Positions 28,606-42,588 of a stretch of DNA of 64,000 nucleotides are shown one piece after another (the stretch's first letter is position 1; each line of letters opens with the position of its first letter). A model generated the notes under the pieces. The model was not told the DNA's origin. It saw only the letters and a list, made by a program, of their open reading frames with translations, and made no database searches. Location of the stretch: assembly GCA_043228905.1 (NCBI GenBank), contig JBHGNT010000020.1:2108001-2172000 (forward strand). Direction: 5' to 3'. Source of the DNA: Azolla caroliniana. Its lineage: Eukaryota > Plantae > Polypodiophyta. Both the position numbers and the translations under genes were made by a program.

Positions 28606-31600
28606 TATATCCTTCTTCCATCACTCTATCTTTTTCTCTGTTCGACACTATCATCTATAGTCCTTGGTTTATGTATTGATAAATTGGAAGTGGTGAATAA
28701 GGTTGCAAGAGAAGAAGGATTAGATGCTCCAAAATATATGCAACAAGTTATCTTATTGTTTTATATGCAAATGACGTGGTTATCTTTTCATATGATGTTG
28801 ATGGCCAAAACTGTAAATGCGGATAAAACAAAAATGATGGCAGTGCAAACCATCCAACCTCACCAATACTCTATGCTTATATATAAGGGAGAGCATGTAC
28901 AATTTGTACAAAGCTTTAAGTACCCTGGTATCGATGTACCTACCACAAACAAATGGAGTGTCTGCTTTGAGTCTAGACTTAGTTGGAAAAGTTATTATAT
29001 GTTGGAAAATCAATAAAACCAAAGTGATGGATGGGAAGTGAAACTGATGTTATTTAATGTCATGGTAACAAAACTTTTGCTTTATGGCGTAGAAGTGTAG
29101 GGTGGCACTATCCCTCTTAATACATGAACTGAGATTAAGACGATTCAAAAGATGTTTTTGACAAGAACACTAGGAGTAAATCCACCACCTCCTATCAGGT
29201 TATGCTCTTGGAAACAAGTGTTTGACCTATAGAGATATTGACACCACAGAGAGTATATAGATACATTACAAAAGTCATGAATATGCCAAAGTATAGATAC
29301 CACATCTTGCTTGGAAGAGCAAAATTTTCTCATTTGGTTGGGTAGTTGACATCAAAAAATGGTTCAAAAGATGGGGTGTGGAAGATCTCTTAAAGCTTTC
29401 AAGTGATTCAATGAACTATGTAGTTATTGAGGAAAAATAAATGGAACCACTAAGGAAGACATGGAAAGACACCAAAAAGGGCAAAATTAGAATGTCGGGT
29501 TCAATTTAAGGCAAGAAGGTCTAGTGATTGTATTTAACCTTGTCATTACTAACATGAGTATTAATTCTCATAGAGCCCTAATACTCCTTCGCACTCATTC
29601 ACACAAGCTAGGTATTGACGTGCATTATGGCATGAAAATCCGCCAAATTTAAAGGTGTGTAACGTGTAAGGAAGGGGTAATAGAGGAATAGTATCATTTG
29701 CTTTTAAATGCTCTACATATGGTGCAATTCGTGAAAGCTATTATGACATTAAGATGCAGTGATGACTTGAGTACCACATTAAAGAGAACGACAAGAAGGT
29801 TGAGCTAATATATGTATGCCTTATTCACACATCAAGACTTTATGCTTCGAAGTATGAATATCCCTGCTTAGGAAGGAGACACATCAAGAAAACTTGAGTA
29901 CTTAGGTCCCATGGGTCAATATTGGCCTCTCTATGGACGCTGAAAATGATCTAATCTAATCTTAGTATGGGTAACAATCTATGGCTTGAAATTATCTGAT
30001 ATGTGCACACTCATACGAAGGTACAAACCCAAGGTTTTACATCTAACATAGATAAAAACAAGGTTTAAATAATGAGAACCAAAGAAGATCAATGACATTC
30101 AAGGAATGATGAGTAAAGAATAGGTTGTACATGCATATGTGGCTTAGTATGGAGCCAACTAGAAAACATAGAAAAGTGAACCCACTCACCTGATTAACAT
30201 CAGATAAAGCAGCTGCAAGTGCTGATCCTAGGATCTTCTGTGTCTCTGGTGCCCTTTTAAAAAAGCATTTTGCAACAGCTGTAAGTAGCTCCAGACGAAC
30301 CTAGCATAAAAGCACATTGATGAATTCAAAGCATTAGTGTGTCATTCATGTCGTATGTAGGACGAAAAAGGTTACTTGGTTTCAGCACTAAAGAAACTGA
30401 CTCAAAAAGTAACCTAATTTAACAACAGTATGTGGAGAGAGAAAACACTCTAATAAAGGCTACATTAACCCATAAAGTAAAGAAAAATAAGGTTCTTAAG
30501 ATGTTGATGTCAAGGATTTACAAAACTTGTAAAGACAAACAATAATATAAAATAGTAAAGATAAGTTTACCTCTGGTGAATCCTCATCAGCCCAATTCTC
30601 AACAAAACCCTCAATAACATATGGTGCATCTGGCATATCAGATGCATATTCACCTAGCATCCAAAGTAAAGCTGCTTTAGCTTTTGCCTCCTGTACATGC
30701 TTACTGCTGACATTGCCTACAACAGCAATGCAATCATGACTCCACTGCGGATATTTCCTCAACAAATCTTTCACCAGCACCTGCAATACACAGTTACATC
30801 AAAGAACCATGAATGATGACAAGAGACAGACCTACATCATTCATATACCAAATATAGTGGCATATGCAGATGAATAAATATTTAATTCAGTTCCCTCAAA
30901 CATATGTTCATTGTTAATTCTCAAAAACCGAGAACAAGAAAGATAGATACACAGCTGGATCTAATGCAACTCTTTCATAGCCTTTACGTGACAAATACCT
31001 GATCTCCACTTCACAATTACTATTTTTTGTGTCAGTGTCTCTTATGTTTTTACTATAGAGTGAGGGAAATCAACACAGATCTTTTTCATTCATGTTATAA
31101 TTTTTTTCTAAAGGTTGTGCAATATCTTATTAATTTAGGACGTGCCCTAGGCTAGAAAAAGAACACAAACAAAGACTAAATGCCTCAAGATCCATTTTCT
31201 TGCAATGAATTGGGTGTGGTTCTGACTTTTTTAGTATTCTTGTAGATTCTTTTACCACATTAATTATACATAAGTCAGATGTAGATATATCTAAAGGTTG
31301 TGCAATATCTTATTAATTTAGGATGTGCCCTAGGCTAGAAAATGAACACAAACAAAGACTAAATGCCTCAAAATTCATTTTCTTGCAATGAATTGGTGTG
31401 GTTCTGACATTATTAGTATTCTTGTAGATTCTTTTACCACATTAATTATGCATAAGCCAGATGTAGATATGATTCTCTAGATTTAAAACACTTGAATTTG
31501 GTATCAAGATTTGTTTAGAAGTATATAATTGAATGCAAAATATCATTTCAAAGCCCTATTTGCCAGGAAATCCAAAACAAGTATTCCCAACGTACCAATG

Positions 31601-34600
31601 TTTCTGCAGTAACATGGTCCTTCTCCATTTCAAAGAATTGAAGCAGCCTGTCTACAATAGCATTGACATCATATTGCTGTAAAGCGATCTTTCCAACTGC
31701 TCTTATAGACTCACGAGCAATAGCAATGTCAATGTTTGCTGCATACTCGCTGAGCTCAGTCACTGCAAAGTCACAAACGAGCAAATAATCTACACTTTAG
31801 AGTTTAGAATCTGCAATCATCATTCTACATTACAAGATATATATAACCATAAATCTATTGGACCAGATTAGAAGAAATTCCACAATAAACAAAACATAAT
31901 GAAAGACAATAAAATAAACACACGCATGTTAAAACATTTTCCCACTTTATTACTATCATATAAAAGTACAAAAGATTAACGTACTAAGCTCATCACAACA
32001 CCCTCCACTTAGACAAAACGAATTTATGCAAATCCAAAGCGAGAGACAAACAATACAACAATGAACAACTTGGCTAGCATTGTGAATGCTTTCATAAGTT
32101 TCAGCGGCGGGCACCTCACGAGAATTTTCCCTAGGTATAAATTTTTGACTAATCAAGCATATCTATGCAATTATTATGGGCACATGAGCATAGGCAGCAG
32201 AGTGAGTGAGTCATGGGTAAAGGTGTAACACTTCAAGAGTAAGTCTAAAAAGAATTGGTTGCATCTGCATCGTCTAGGAAAAGCTCCAAATGATAATGTG
32301 CATACTGAGGCAATCCATAAAAAACCTAATTCAATAGCTACCAATTTCATATGTGTCCATAACAAGGAAATCCGGAGGACGATACCAATTTCATATGTGT
32401 TGCTTTCATTTGCAACTGCAGTGAGCATCTCTAACTTCAGCTTCTTTATATACGAGGGATCACTGTATCGACAGTAAAAATGTTTATAGTCCGATGAGAA
32501 CAGAATAGGTGCTCGCATCACAAGTAAGTGGAGATGACACAAGACCGCATAAGACTGTTCTGAGCTTCCCGAACTGATTAAAGTCATCAGTGGAGCTTTA
32601 ATTCTCTCGTAGACCTGGACAAAGGTGAAAAGAACCATGAAATGAGCATGAGGTTTCCCCACAAAAACACCATACAAACATCTTTGACAGAATAAACATG
32701 AGTGTAATAGTTTAAAATATACTCAAAATGTTCAGATAAAGGCAAATTTTGCCTCTATGCAAAGAAAAAATAAGTGGATGCTTTAACATTTCAACTGCAA
32801 AGCAAAACATATACCACGTTGTTCCTCACTAACACCTCTCATGAATATAACATTCACAAAGCCTAAAATATACCTTTGTAGACCATTACATTTTTGGCTT
32901 CAGATATTTAGAGAAGAAAACAAGAAAGAAAGGAAAGATATACTAGCTTCGTGTGAGGGCATTCTAGACATGGTTGAAAATACTATTGTATATTGTATAC
33001 GAGAACTATAACAGAATATACAAATGCATCTTCTATTTCTGCTATTGGATCTAATTTGAGCCAAATCAACCCTGTTCTGTATAGATGGGATCCTCTACAA
33101 TGGAAAGAAGTTAAGTTTCCTAATCAAATGAAAATACAAAAATAAATGAGAATCCTACTCTATAATAGAGATTAGACAGAAAATGCTATCCCTAAACAAA
33201 AGCAAATCAGATGTCCACATGTCTACAAAGTCATAAATCCCCATAATACACAAACATTGATGTCTGAAGAGCAAGTAAAAATCTTGAGTGTAGAATCCAC
33301 CAACATGAATGAAGCGCAGGCCATTTTTTCATTCTATTTTTCCTTCTTCGCTAGGAAAAAGATACCTACGATGGACAGTTTATTTCAATGTAAATGAATG
33401 TAAATATCTAATCATATATTACTAGATCTCCCAAGCTTAATTTTGTGAAAAAGGAACAGAAATTTGAACCTGAAGGCAGTGAAGTTTATCATGCATGGTA
33501 CGTACATTGCTCAGGACAAATCAAAAAATTCTTCAGTGTCATTATTATATGGAAAAGCAACATTCTTTTACCTGTTGATGAACATCAGCCATGGACATGG
33601 TCAAGTTTAGAAAAACTTTGATAGTTGCCAGCACAACTGCACTGTTTGCATGTTGCAATCTATCCTCAAGCAAATTCATGATATCAAATGTCTCATTTGG
33701 CTCTGCTGGTAGATACTTGGCTACAAGTTCAAGAACAAGACATTGTGCCCATTCATTGAAATCTTTGATCCTGTTCTTTAAAAAATCTCAAATCAACATT
33801 AATCGCCCACAAAATTTCACTATATATTCCAGAAAATAATTACTTTTTTTAATGATTGGAAATACATATACTGTATATGATAGTGCAATACTGCAAGATA
33901 GTATCATGTTAATGTTTAATTATAATCCTTATAATTTTTTAACTTAAGAGAAGTCAGTTCAGTCAAGGTATTTGGCAATAACTTACTACAAATCTGTGTA
34001 ATGAAACAAATATGTGTTTTGTCGTAAATGAAATTGTTTCAGAGAAATGGTGTAGTGGTTCCTTTTTTCCAAGAAAACTAAGCTTTTCTTATTTGCAACT
34101 AGTTTCCAAGACTTTTATCCACTTGGGCTTTCTTTATCTTCTCTAAAGCTATAGTTTTCTACCTTGGCAATTTCATTGAATATGATCTACAATTCTTCAT
34201 ACATCTCTTCTGCTATCTGACGCTAACACTGTCTCTGCTTACATGTACAAAGACCATAAATTAATTAAGTCAATGTGAGTAGAGGGATATAATCTGATTT
34301 TATTCGTCACTTTTCCTAACCTGTTTAAAAGATAATAGATAATAGGTTTAGCCATCAAAAAATCCTTTTCAAGTCCCACTTCTTCAATGTTGTTTCCCTC
34401 TTGAGTCAGAATTTCTTGAAGAGCGCACAAACAATTTGCAACCACCTGGTAAGAGAAGTAACAATGATTAACTTCACAGAAATAAATAAAGATTGTCTTA
34501 TATCCCATTTGTAATATGGACTCACCACACTCAGCAGATTAGTCGCACTAAGATAGAATACATAACTTCATTTACCATATAACTTCAGAATTATATTTTT

Positions 34601-37600
34601 TTATCAAATGGTGAGCAATCTACAATTAAAATGTAAATGCAGTGTCATTTACAAAAGACTGGTTCTCATCCCCGTATCCAAAAGCTTTTGGACTTCAAAC
34701 AATATCAGTTAAAATATTCTAAAAACAAAAAGAATCTCAATGAGGAAATAATGATTCTAACTATCATATCAGAAAAATAAAGAAGTCTATCTATTTTACT
34801 CTCAAAGAAGCCACGAATTCCAGTTCACCCCTCGATCACTGTAAACTCAACTAATCATAAGCTTTTGGACAAGTTGACTCCATGCAAAATCATGATTTGT
34901 AATATTAACTACCTGATCATCCTTCATTTTGGATAAAATAATGATTCTCACTGCAACACAGTTTACAAGAGTTTTAATATATAACGGAATTTTGCATGAT
35001 ACCAAGGTAATCTTAGGAAAATCAAACTTAGACGCTGTTGGTTTGCGCTATGAATATATGCCAATAGGGATTCTCTAATTATTAGCTGCATATTTGGTAA
35101 TCTAGCTGTTAGCCATCTGGCAGGCTGTTGTAAACTAGCCGAGTATGTAACCGATCACCTATAAATATAAAGGGACCTGGTATAAACTACAGTGAACTAA
35201 TTATTAATATTAGTAATAGAGGATAGAACTCATAATTGGCCTCATTAAAGATGATGACCTCAAAAAATAGCATAAATTAGTCAATGGCGTCTGAAGGGTT
35301 TGAAGACCCGAATAAACATTGAATACAATATGGTCAAATAGCGTGGGTGATGGATGCATGATCTCACCCGATCACCCAATTCTATAAAAAGCACAAGCAA
35401 TCACTCAGTTCTAGATAAAATAGTAGCAGAAATAGGAGAACACATAAGATTAGGAGAGTAAGGTGTATACAGAGAATACTGTAATTAGTGTTTATCCTTA
35501 TTATAAGCTTCTTTTGAATAACCCTACTGATTTTAAGTGTGTCTTTAGGTTCATTAATTAACATCCCAGAGAGGGAGTCCTCTGTCAGCCACCACAATGC
35601 CTGACTGCATCTGATCACATTTGATTGCCTCATAAATCCCCTACCTAACCAACTAAGCCCCTTAGAAGACAGGACTAACCATTCCCCATGGTGGAACTCC
35701 TTAGTTTGCTAGCTTTTCCTGTAGACGACTAAATCTGGCCCTTACTATAACTACACTAAAGCTGGGTGACTTGAAGTAGAGACCAAACCTGATGACTTCA
35801 CATCCACAACCACTACCAACACTAGCCACTATTAAAAGTTCAGACCAAGGACAACAAGAGTTAGAAGACTTTCCTCACAAAGTAATCTCTATGTTAGCCA
35901 AAACCATTGAATCCATGTAGCATTTCATCCAAATGGAAATATATGCCAAAACCCATGTGCATTGCTTTCAATAGGCAATATACCTATGCCACTTACTATT
36001 CATTCGAAACAAGATTTAGAAGACTTCCCCACCCCCAAAGTAATCTCTATGTTCGCCAAAACCATTGGATCCATGTAGCATTTCATCCACATGGAGATAT
36101 ATGCCAAAACACATGTGCATTGCTTTCAATAGGCAATCTAGCTATGCCATTTACTATTCATTCGATCATAGGTCCCAAGAAAAAGATTATTTGATTTTGA
36201 TGACTTGGCCAATTCAAATTGAAGTTTTCCAAAACTCCTGTAGTTGTTAACATATCATTCAGTAACAAATGGATGAATCCATTATTTCCATATGGTTGTG
36301 TTAACAAAAACTTGTGCATAAAGAAGAATCAACCTCACCCATGGAATAGATATTCAATTACATTTCACCTACCCTCTCAGGATGGGCACTCTCTAAAAAT
36401 ATGTTTACAGCTAAGCATTGTTTGCATTCTCTTCTGTAATAAGTATGTGTGTGAGATAAAAAGGACATGTAATGCTTCTCTAGTCATGTGCCCAAAATAG
36501 AAACACCTATATATGTAGTTTATCCACTATCAATTTTGCAACGTGGGCTATATCCCAAGGTCGATGAACATTCAACTTCATTTTGATTGTACATCACCTT
36601 CATTCTCAAAAGCCATGCCCACAAACTTCATTGGTAATAATGGCAGCAATTGAAAAATTGAACATTTATTAATGTAATCTTCCAATTTGCATAGCACATA
36701 AATGATGGTCATTCCTCTTTATAATGAGAGAAGCAGATGGGACGCCGAAAACTGGCCGTCCCTTGTTGCTATCATCATAACAACCTTTTATATATATTTA
36801 TAACCACAATAACCATTTTTATAGTATTTTATAAATGATATAAACTGTGCATAGCTTTAGAACTAGGAAATAAGGACCTATCACTTCAATTTGTCAATGA
36901 TTTAAACAGTGAAAAACTCTGAGATACCCCTCAGTTTCTCTTTATTCCAAATGCCCCTATGTTTTGTTCATTCCCCAAACACCCTTGTTCAACCACAGAA
37001 AGAGAGGGAAAAGGATGAATTGATCATATAATTGCTCACAATAACACACATTTAGAAAAAAGGAGATGAACTAAGCACATAATTGCTATTTCGGGGGTTG
37101 ATATGAACATTTGGGAATAATGAAAAGTCAGGGGCGTTTGGAGAAGTAAAAAAAAAATCTGAGAGTGTTTCAGAGGCTTTCCCTCAAAAGAAACAGAAAA
37201 AGCATTTATCAGAATAGATGATGCTCACCTGAGAATCGACATCACGAAGCATTAGCTCTTTCAAAGTGGCCGGAAAGTCATTGTCAGTGCATGCACTCGG
37301 GGCAATATTATATAGCTTTAAGACTCCCAAGGCAGCTACAGTTCTGACATATCCATGGCTATCTGTAAGGCCTGATTTTAGAGGTCCGACCAAATACTCT
37401 ACCAAATTCTTCACTCTCAAAGAGCAAAGACTCCTCAATGCAAGACCCCTTATCATAGGATACTCATCTTGGCAATCCTTTTGAAGGAAATTGATGGTGA
37501 GGAGAGCTAAATCTGGATGGACTCTTGCATAATTGCCGACATAAAGATAACACATTTTCTTCAATACAACATCAGAAGTAGCTGAACACATGACCATTTC

Positions 37601-38520
37601 ACTGAATAAGGGTGAAACATCGATGCCGATGGTCATATAAGAGATGACTTTCTTGTAAAGTTCTCTCTTTACATCTTCTACACCAGGAGCTCGGCTTCCA
37701 GCTAATTGACGAAGTTGAGATTTGAGTTCTGAAATCTCTCCTTTCCTGTTCATGATTTGGCCTGAATCATTACTTCACATACATTGCTCGGAAGAAACAT
37801 AAATGGGAAACAATATAGCCTACAGAGTATACATGAGTTATAGAAATCAATTTTTACTCACAAAATTCATCAATTTTGATATTATAAGGAAAACAGGGAA
37901 AACAATAAATCACATAATGTGATTTCTCACAGGAAAAAAGGAACACATGTATTACACGTCAGATTTTAGAGAAAAAAGAGGAACAAAACACATTACACAT
38001 CCGATTTGGAGGCAATAATGAACATGAAAACAATAATCGATATAGCACCCATCAGCTAAAAGCAAAATTTGAGCAAGAGATAAGCAGCCTACATATTAGC
38101 TACCAGAGTTATATTGCATATATTGACCATCAAGATTAGATGGAAAAGACTAAAAAAGAACCTCCCAAACTACCCATTTGACGGAGAAATATTGAACATG
38201 AAAACAACATCATACATTCCCCATCAGATTAAAAGGTATGGAAAAGAAACCCATAAATAATCCATCAGATTTAAAGCCAAATTCTGAACCGCAAAAAACA
38301 ATTTACATATCACCCATCAGAACTAGATGAGGGAAATTGAGGGGGGGAAGGGGGGAACACAACCCACAAACTGACCACTATCCATCAAATTTAACGGCAA
38401 GATGCAAATGAGATTGATCGATTTCAATTTGTTAGAAGGACACTAGAAGGTCCCCAGTTACCCTGATGGAGTCGAAGACGAAGAAGAGGAAGAAGATCGA
38501 TGCGAAGCGTTCTGAGGCAT
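17808..38520 (-). CDS. AP4B: AP-4 complex subunit beta (beta-adaptin-like protein A); exons 38520-38462, 37745-37229, 34445-34321, 33770-33572, 32614-32386, 31762-31596, 30780-30571, 30300-30190, 19275-19099, 18821-18396, 18101-17808
   Basis: Colinear match to plant beta-adaptin A from recall ([50 protein letters not shown]). All 10 introns are GT-AG with compatible phases and I found no in-frame stops. Confidence 0.95.
18335..18381. repeat. (TATATC)n/(TATACC)n hexamer repeat just inside AP4B intron 10
   Basis: Read directly; it produces the spurious [12 protein letters not shown] tail of ORF 18321-18869. Confidence 0.9.
19940..20485. mobile_element. MITE-like non-coding element with GGTTT/AAACC-type subterminal repeats
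   Basis: Many ggttt/ggttc motifs flank an AT-rich core, with imperfect inverted ends (tgggcctag / cagggctca). TSD not resolved. Confidence 0.5.
20871..21048 (-). mobile_element. Short solo LTR, same family as the Copia at 22239-27218
   Basis: Reverse-complement match to both LTRs of that element, TG...CA ends, only 2 copies of the internal repeat. Flanks ttaag/aaaag give an imperfect TSD. Confidence 0.85.
22239..27218 (+). mobile_element. Full-length defective Ty1/Copia element; LTRs 22239-22495 and 26888-27218; TSD ACCAA
   Basis: PBS tggtatcagagc (tRNA-iMet) at 22497, gag, protease WYFDSGA, integrase [14 protein letters not shown], RNase H SDSDWAG, PPT aagggggg before the 3' LTR. TSD at 22234-22238 and 27219-27223. 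Stops and frameshifts. Confidence 0.97.
27620..27930 (+). repeat. Local direct duplication inside the RTE LINE
   Basis: gtatcaaattgtcgcacaatcatgg and ...tagaccaaaacactccac.gtagatcatttg each occur twice. Confidence 0.8.
28173..28647 (+). mobile_element. Solo LTR with 5-bp TSD CTATC
   Basis: tgtcatg...ttcgaca ends, ctatc at 28168-28172 and 28648-28652, internal TATA (cctataaata) and ttctagaa-type repeats. Confidence 0.9.
31107..31470 (+). repeat. ~183-bp tandem duplication in AP4B intron 6
   Basis: tctaaaggttgtgcaatatcttattaatttagga starts at 31107 and again at 31290. Confidence 0.9.
35861..36166 (+). repeat. ~155-bp tandem duplication in AP4B intron 2
   Basis: ttagaagact...aagtaatctctatgtt...tactattcattcga occurs twice. 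Confidence 0.85.
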
Positions 38521-38644
38521 GATTATTTCGTCGACAAGGAGCAGAGAAGCTCAGGGGATGGAGAAATCTCTGCTACGCACACAAGATCATGAACAGAGAG
38601 GCGATTTAATCGTGGGTTCTCCCTCGCTAGTAAGGTACAGATCT

Positions 38645-38652
38645 GGGGGGGG

Positions 38653-38724
<72 letters not shown>

Positions 38725-38823
38725 CCAATACCCTCAGGTATTTTAAATAATTATGGAAATACCCCTCTCTTTTTCTTTTTAAAATGGGGCCCTTCTATTT
38801 CACACATCTTTGTTAGACCATAT

Positions 38824-38867
<44 letters not shown>
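38645..38867. repeat. Poly-G, (GA)n(GT)n and (CT)n microsatellites upstream of the AP4B start codon
   Basis: Read directly; 125-350 bp upstream of the ATG at 38520 (minus strand). Confidence 0.9.
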
Positions 38868-38870
<3 letters not shown>

Positions 38871-38959
38871 GTGAAAACACACAATTATATTAATAAATGT
38901 GTATAAGAAACACTACTTACAATGAGTGTGACCATGAAGTATGGTCACCCACTAACTAC

Positions 38960-39900
38960 ACTACACTACATGGGTAGTGGAACATGTTGAATTGCCAATA
39001 GGCAAGACGAATACTCCACTGAGGAAAGGATTTCCACTTGCTCCAATAAAGAAAATCGCCACATTAGTACTCCCTTCAACTTTCGTAGATATGCTTTCAC
39101 TCCATGTCTACCATCGAATACAAAAACGTTGCGCATGTTCCAATTATGACGCAATCCCCAATATCTAAAAAATAGAAAAACGATCTCCATCTCTGATTTT
39201 GGGTCAACCTATGTAAATTGTGCAAACACCCACTGTCTAGGTGTCAAATAACACCATGATAAAACTTGCCAAATTTGAGAAATGTAACTCCAAATCTAAC
39301 AAGCAATCGAACATTGTATAAACCGATGAGTACTATCTTCCATTTGAACAATGCAAAATAAGCAATTACCAGTTGCTAGTCCACGAGAGTTTAAAACTAA
39401 TCCTAGAGGCAACCCTCCAAATGAAGACCTTTGCTACAAGTGGCAACTTAGAATGCCAACTACATTTTATGATCTACCACCACCATGATCAGATTTGTAT
39501 ATTTTTCATTCTTCTTCGGCCTTAGATGATAGTCATCCAAGAGACTCAACAGAGCAATGGTACAAAAGATTAGTAGTCACTTGTAACAATGACATCTAAC
39601 CTCGTAAACACCAATCAATCCACGGTTGTTCTCTTGTTTGTAGATATAAAGGACCTTGCATCAATGCAATATTTTGTAGTTGTTACCAAATAAACCCATA
39701 ATTAGGCGTGATGCGTAACAATTCTTGTGCTCCAACAAACTCCCAAATTCTTTGAGATGGAGCCTCAACTATATCTCCCACCTCTTTGACCCCCAAATGA
39801 AACAAACGATTAAATTAATCTAGCGCAATCTCTCCTTTCTTGGACAACATAATAACCGAGAAGACCCAAGTAACTCTTTTTGCAAAGAATTACAATGATC
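38960..39900 (-). mobile_element. Decayed LINE 3' remnant (zf-RVT region)
   Basis: Minus-strand peptides LPLVAKVFIWRVA and STHRFIQCSIAC*IW resemble zf-RVT. Confidence 0.5.
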
Positions 39901-39902
39901 TT

Positions 39903-42220
39903 TGTAAGTAAACGAGAGTGATTCTATGTAGCGGAAGGATTGTATGTGTGTGTATGTGCACATGAGACGAGAGAGAGAGAGAGAGAGAGAGAGCTCTAAT
40001 CAAGAAACTGTATATTACGTCCAATAGTAACTAAGTTACAAAGGGTTGGTTTAAATACCAATTGATCTAGGGCAAGTGCCCTTTCCACTAATTACAAAAC
40101 TAGCCTAGTATGTTGTCCACTGGCTAGTGTGAACACTATCTCTATGGGAAGTTGAGTTCGATTATCAACACGCCCCTTCGAACATAACTTCCAAATGTCG
40201 AAAAGTTGGTTCGGTTCAATCTTCATTTCGGCTTTTGGAAGGCTAGTCATCACGGCTTACGATTTCAATTGTTCGATTCTTCGTGTTTGGCTGTTCAATT
40301 GTTTGTTCGTACTTCGACTCCTCTGGTCGGCTTCAATCGACTGATCGGTTACTATTCGGCATCAGCTGCTACTGTACTCCCCCTCAAGCGCGGTTGGTCG
40401 GTGATCGAGAGACCAAGGTTCGTCACGAACTGCCGCAACTTGTCAATACCCAGCACTTTTGTGAAGATGTCAGCCACTTGAAGATGAGTGTTGATGTGTT
40501 GTAGGTCGACATCTCCGGCTTGTACGCGCTCGCGGGTAAAGTGATAGTAAATTTCGATATGTTTCGTCGCGTGAAATACCGGGTTCCGAGCCAGGTAGAT
40601 GTTGCTCATGTTGTCGCAGTATAGGAAAATCAAATCCTTGATGGGAACGCCCAAATCCTTCAAAATGCGTTTGAGCCAAATGGCCTCGCATGTACCTAAG
40701 TACTCTCTTAGTGCAATCAAGATGAACATTTCAAGGATTCTGCATGAATTGGCTAAGTAGGCCAACATAATAGTTAAGATTGGGTTGTGTGATGGTTCGA
40801 TAGATTAGGTTTCCGATCAGTTCTCGATACTGAGTCGGCTCGCACTCGGTTGTGCCCGAATCGACATCGAGCGTGAGATTTCGGTCGAGAGGGGTAGACA
40901 CAGGTTTGCACTCGGTCATTCCAAACTTGTAGAGTAAGTTGAGAACGTAGTGTCGTTGAGAGATCAATATCCTGAATGGTCTCTGAATTACTTCGATACC
41001 AAGGAAGTAATGGAGCTCATGCATATCTTTCATTTCAAATCTATTGGATAGGAGTGATTTTACCTTATTAATCACGGCGAGATCATTCCCTCCGATGACT
41101 AGATCATCCATGTACAGGATGATGACAATCGGGTTGTTCGACTCGTTTCAGATGTACAAGGAGTTGTCCTATTTTGACATTTGAAAGCCAATTTGATGAA
41201 GATACTGAGTGATCTTCGAATGCACATGGTGCTTGCTTAAGGCCGCACAATGGCTTCTTTAATCTACAGACTGCTTTTGGATGATTTTTCGATTCGAATC
41301 CGGGTGGTTGAACCATGTACACCTCTTCCAATTCGCCTTGAAGAAAGGCGTTCTTGACGTCCATTTGGTGGAGATGCCACCCTTTCGCACCTGTGAGTGC
41401 AATTATGGTCCGCACAGTCGTCACCTTTGCCACCGGGGCAAAGGTCTACTCGTAATCGACTCCGTGTGTTTGTGCGTATTCTTTTGCGACGAGTCGTGCT
41501 TTGAAGTGATTTACTGAGCCATCGGCATTGTATTTAACCTTATAGATCCATCTACAACCAATCGCTTTCTTGTGAGGTGAATGGGGAATAAGATCCCATG
41601 TCTCGTTTTTGCACAAGTCTTGCATTTCTTCATTCATCGTGTCGACCCATTGTGGGTCCTCCACGGCTTCAGAAAATGTTTCCGGCTCTCAGACAGTTGC
41701 TACCTTCATCATAAAGGCGTAATGATACACCATGTACTCATCGTAGCCGAATCGGCTTACGGGGTTCTTTTCACGGGTGGATCGGCGTAGCTTCTCGTTC
41801 GCAGAGACTAGTGCTTTCTTTGCTCCATTTGTCCGGATGTCGAGGCCTTCGAATTCACTATTGAGGGAGTGACTCGTGAGTTGACTCATCGTCCATAAGG
41901 TCTTCATATTCTGGTATTTTGGCCTTCCCTTTGTCGAGTTTCAGACTCAGCCGAGATGCGCTTCGGTCACTCGGGGGCTCTTGTGGGGCACTCAGCCTTG
42001 TCATAAACAGGCTGTCTTCGTACATGTGTTCGAGTTGAAATTCGTCTTCTATCTCTTGTTCGGTCAATTCTGGGTTGACTAGAGTCGAAAACAGACTCGT
42101 CTTTGGGTCATACCAGGATGTTGACTCGTCGAAAACAACGTATTGACTTACTCGAACTTTTCGGGTAGAAGGATTGTAACATTTGTACCTCTTTTGTTCG
42201 AGTTAGTACCCTACGAGGAT
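39903..42220 (-). mobile_element. 3' half of a Ty1/Copia element (integrase C-terminus, RT, RNase H, PPT, 3' LTR 39903-40170)
   Basis: [11 protein letters not shown] and YMDDL, RNase H YCDNMS..ARNPVFH, PPT aaggggcg next to a TG...CA LTR. Confidence 0.93.
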
Positions 42221-42588
42221 ACCCCTTTTGTAAGATCAACTGAGCAACAACGTTGACTTAATATTATTCTGTACACTCGAAACTAAATAGCCAAGATTAA
42301 AGAGCTCGGAAATCCTAGAATAAAGCTAAATTCAATTATATTAATAAAGAAACAATTATAACCAACATTTGTCATACAATCGATAAGTTCATCATCATCT
42401 ATTCAATAAAATTTATACTTAACAACCACATACTTTTCGAGTCAACCAATACAAATATATGATAGACACTTAAAGTTTGCAAACCAATAAGATAGTGTAA
42501 AGAAATGGTACTCAAACAAAATAATCTTATATTCCAAAACAAGTTTAGTGTTACAATTTTATAGTTACAAATACAAACTAATATACAA

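Larger units (their letters stand above)
20500..29962 (+). mobile_element. Degenerate RTE-like LINE in AP4B intron 8, interrupted by three LTR insertions
   Basis: Coiled-coil ORF1-like pieces (20551-21424). RT motif [21 protein letters not shown] is restored after removing solo LTR 28173-28647. FKYPG (typically FKYLG) near 28915 and a (TCTAA)n-like tail near 29950. The 5' boundary is uncertain. Confidence 0.7.

Noticed and set aside
42215-42245. Left TIR matching the CACCCGG right end
   Set aside because: Only (t)accc matches and similarity does not extend; no TSD. The left end is not identifiable.
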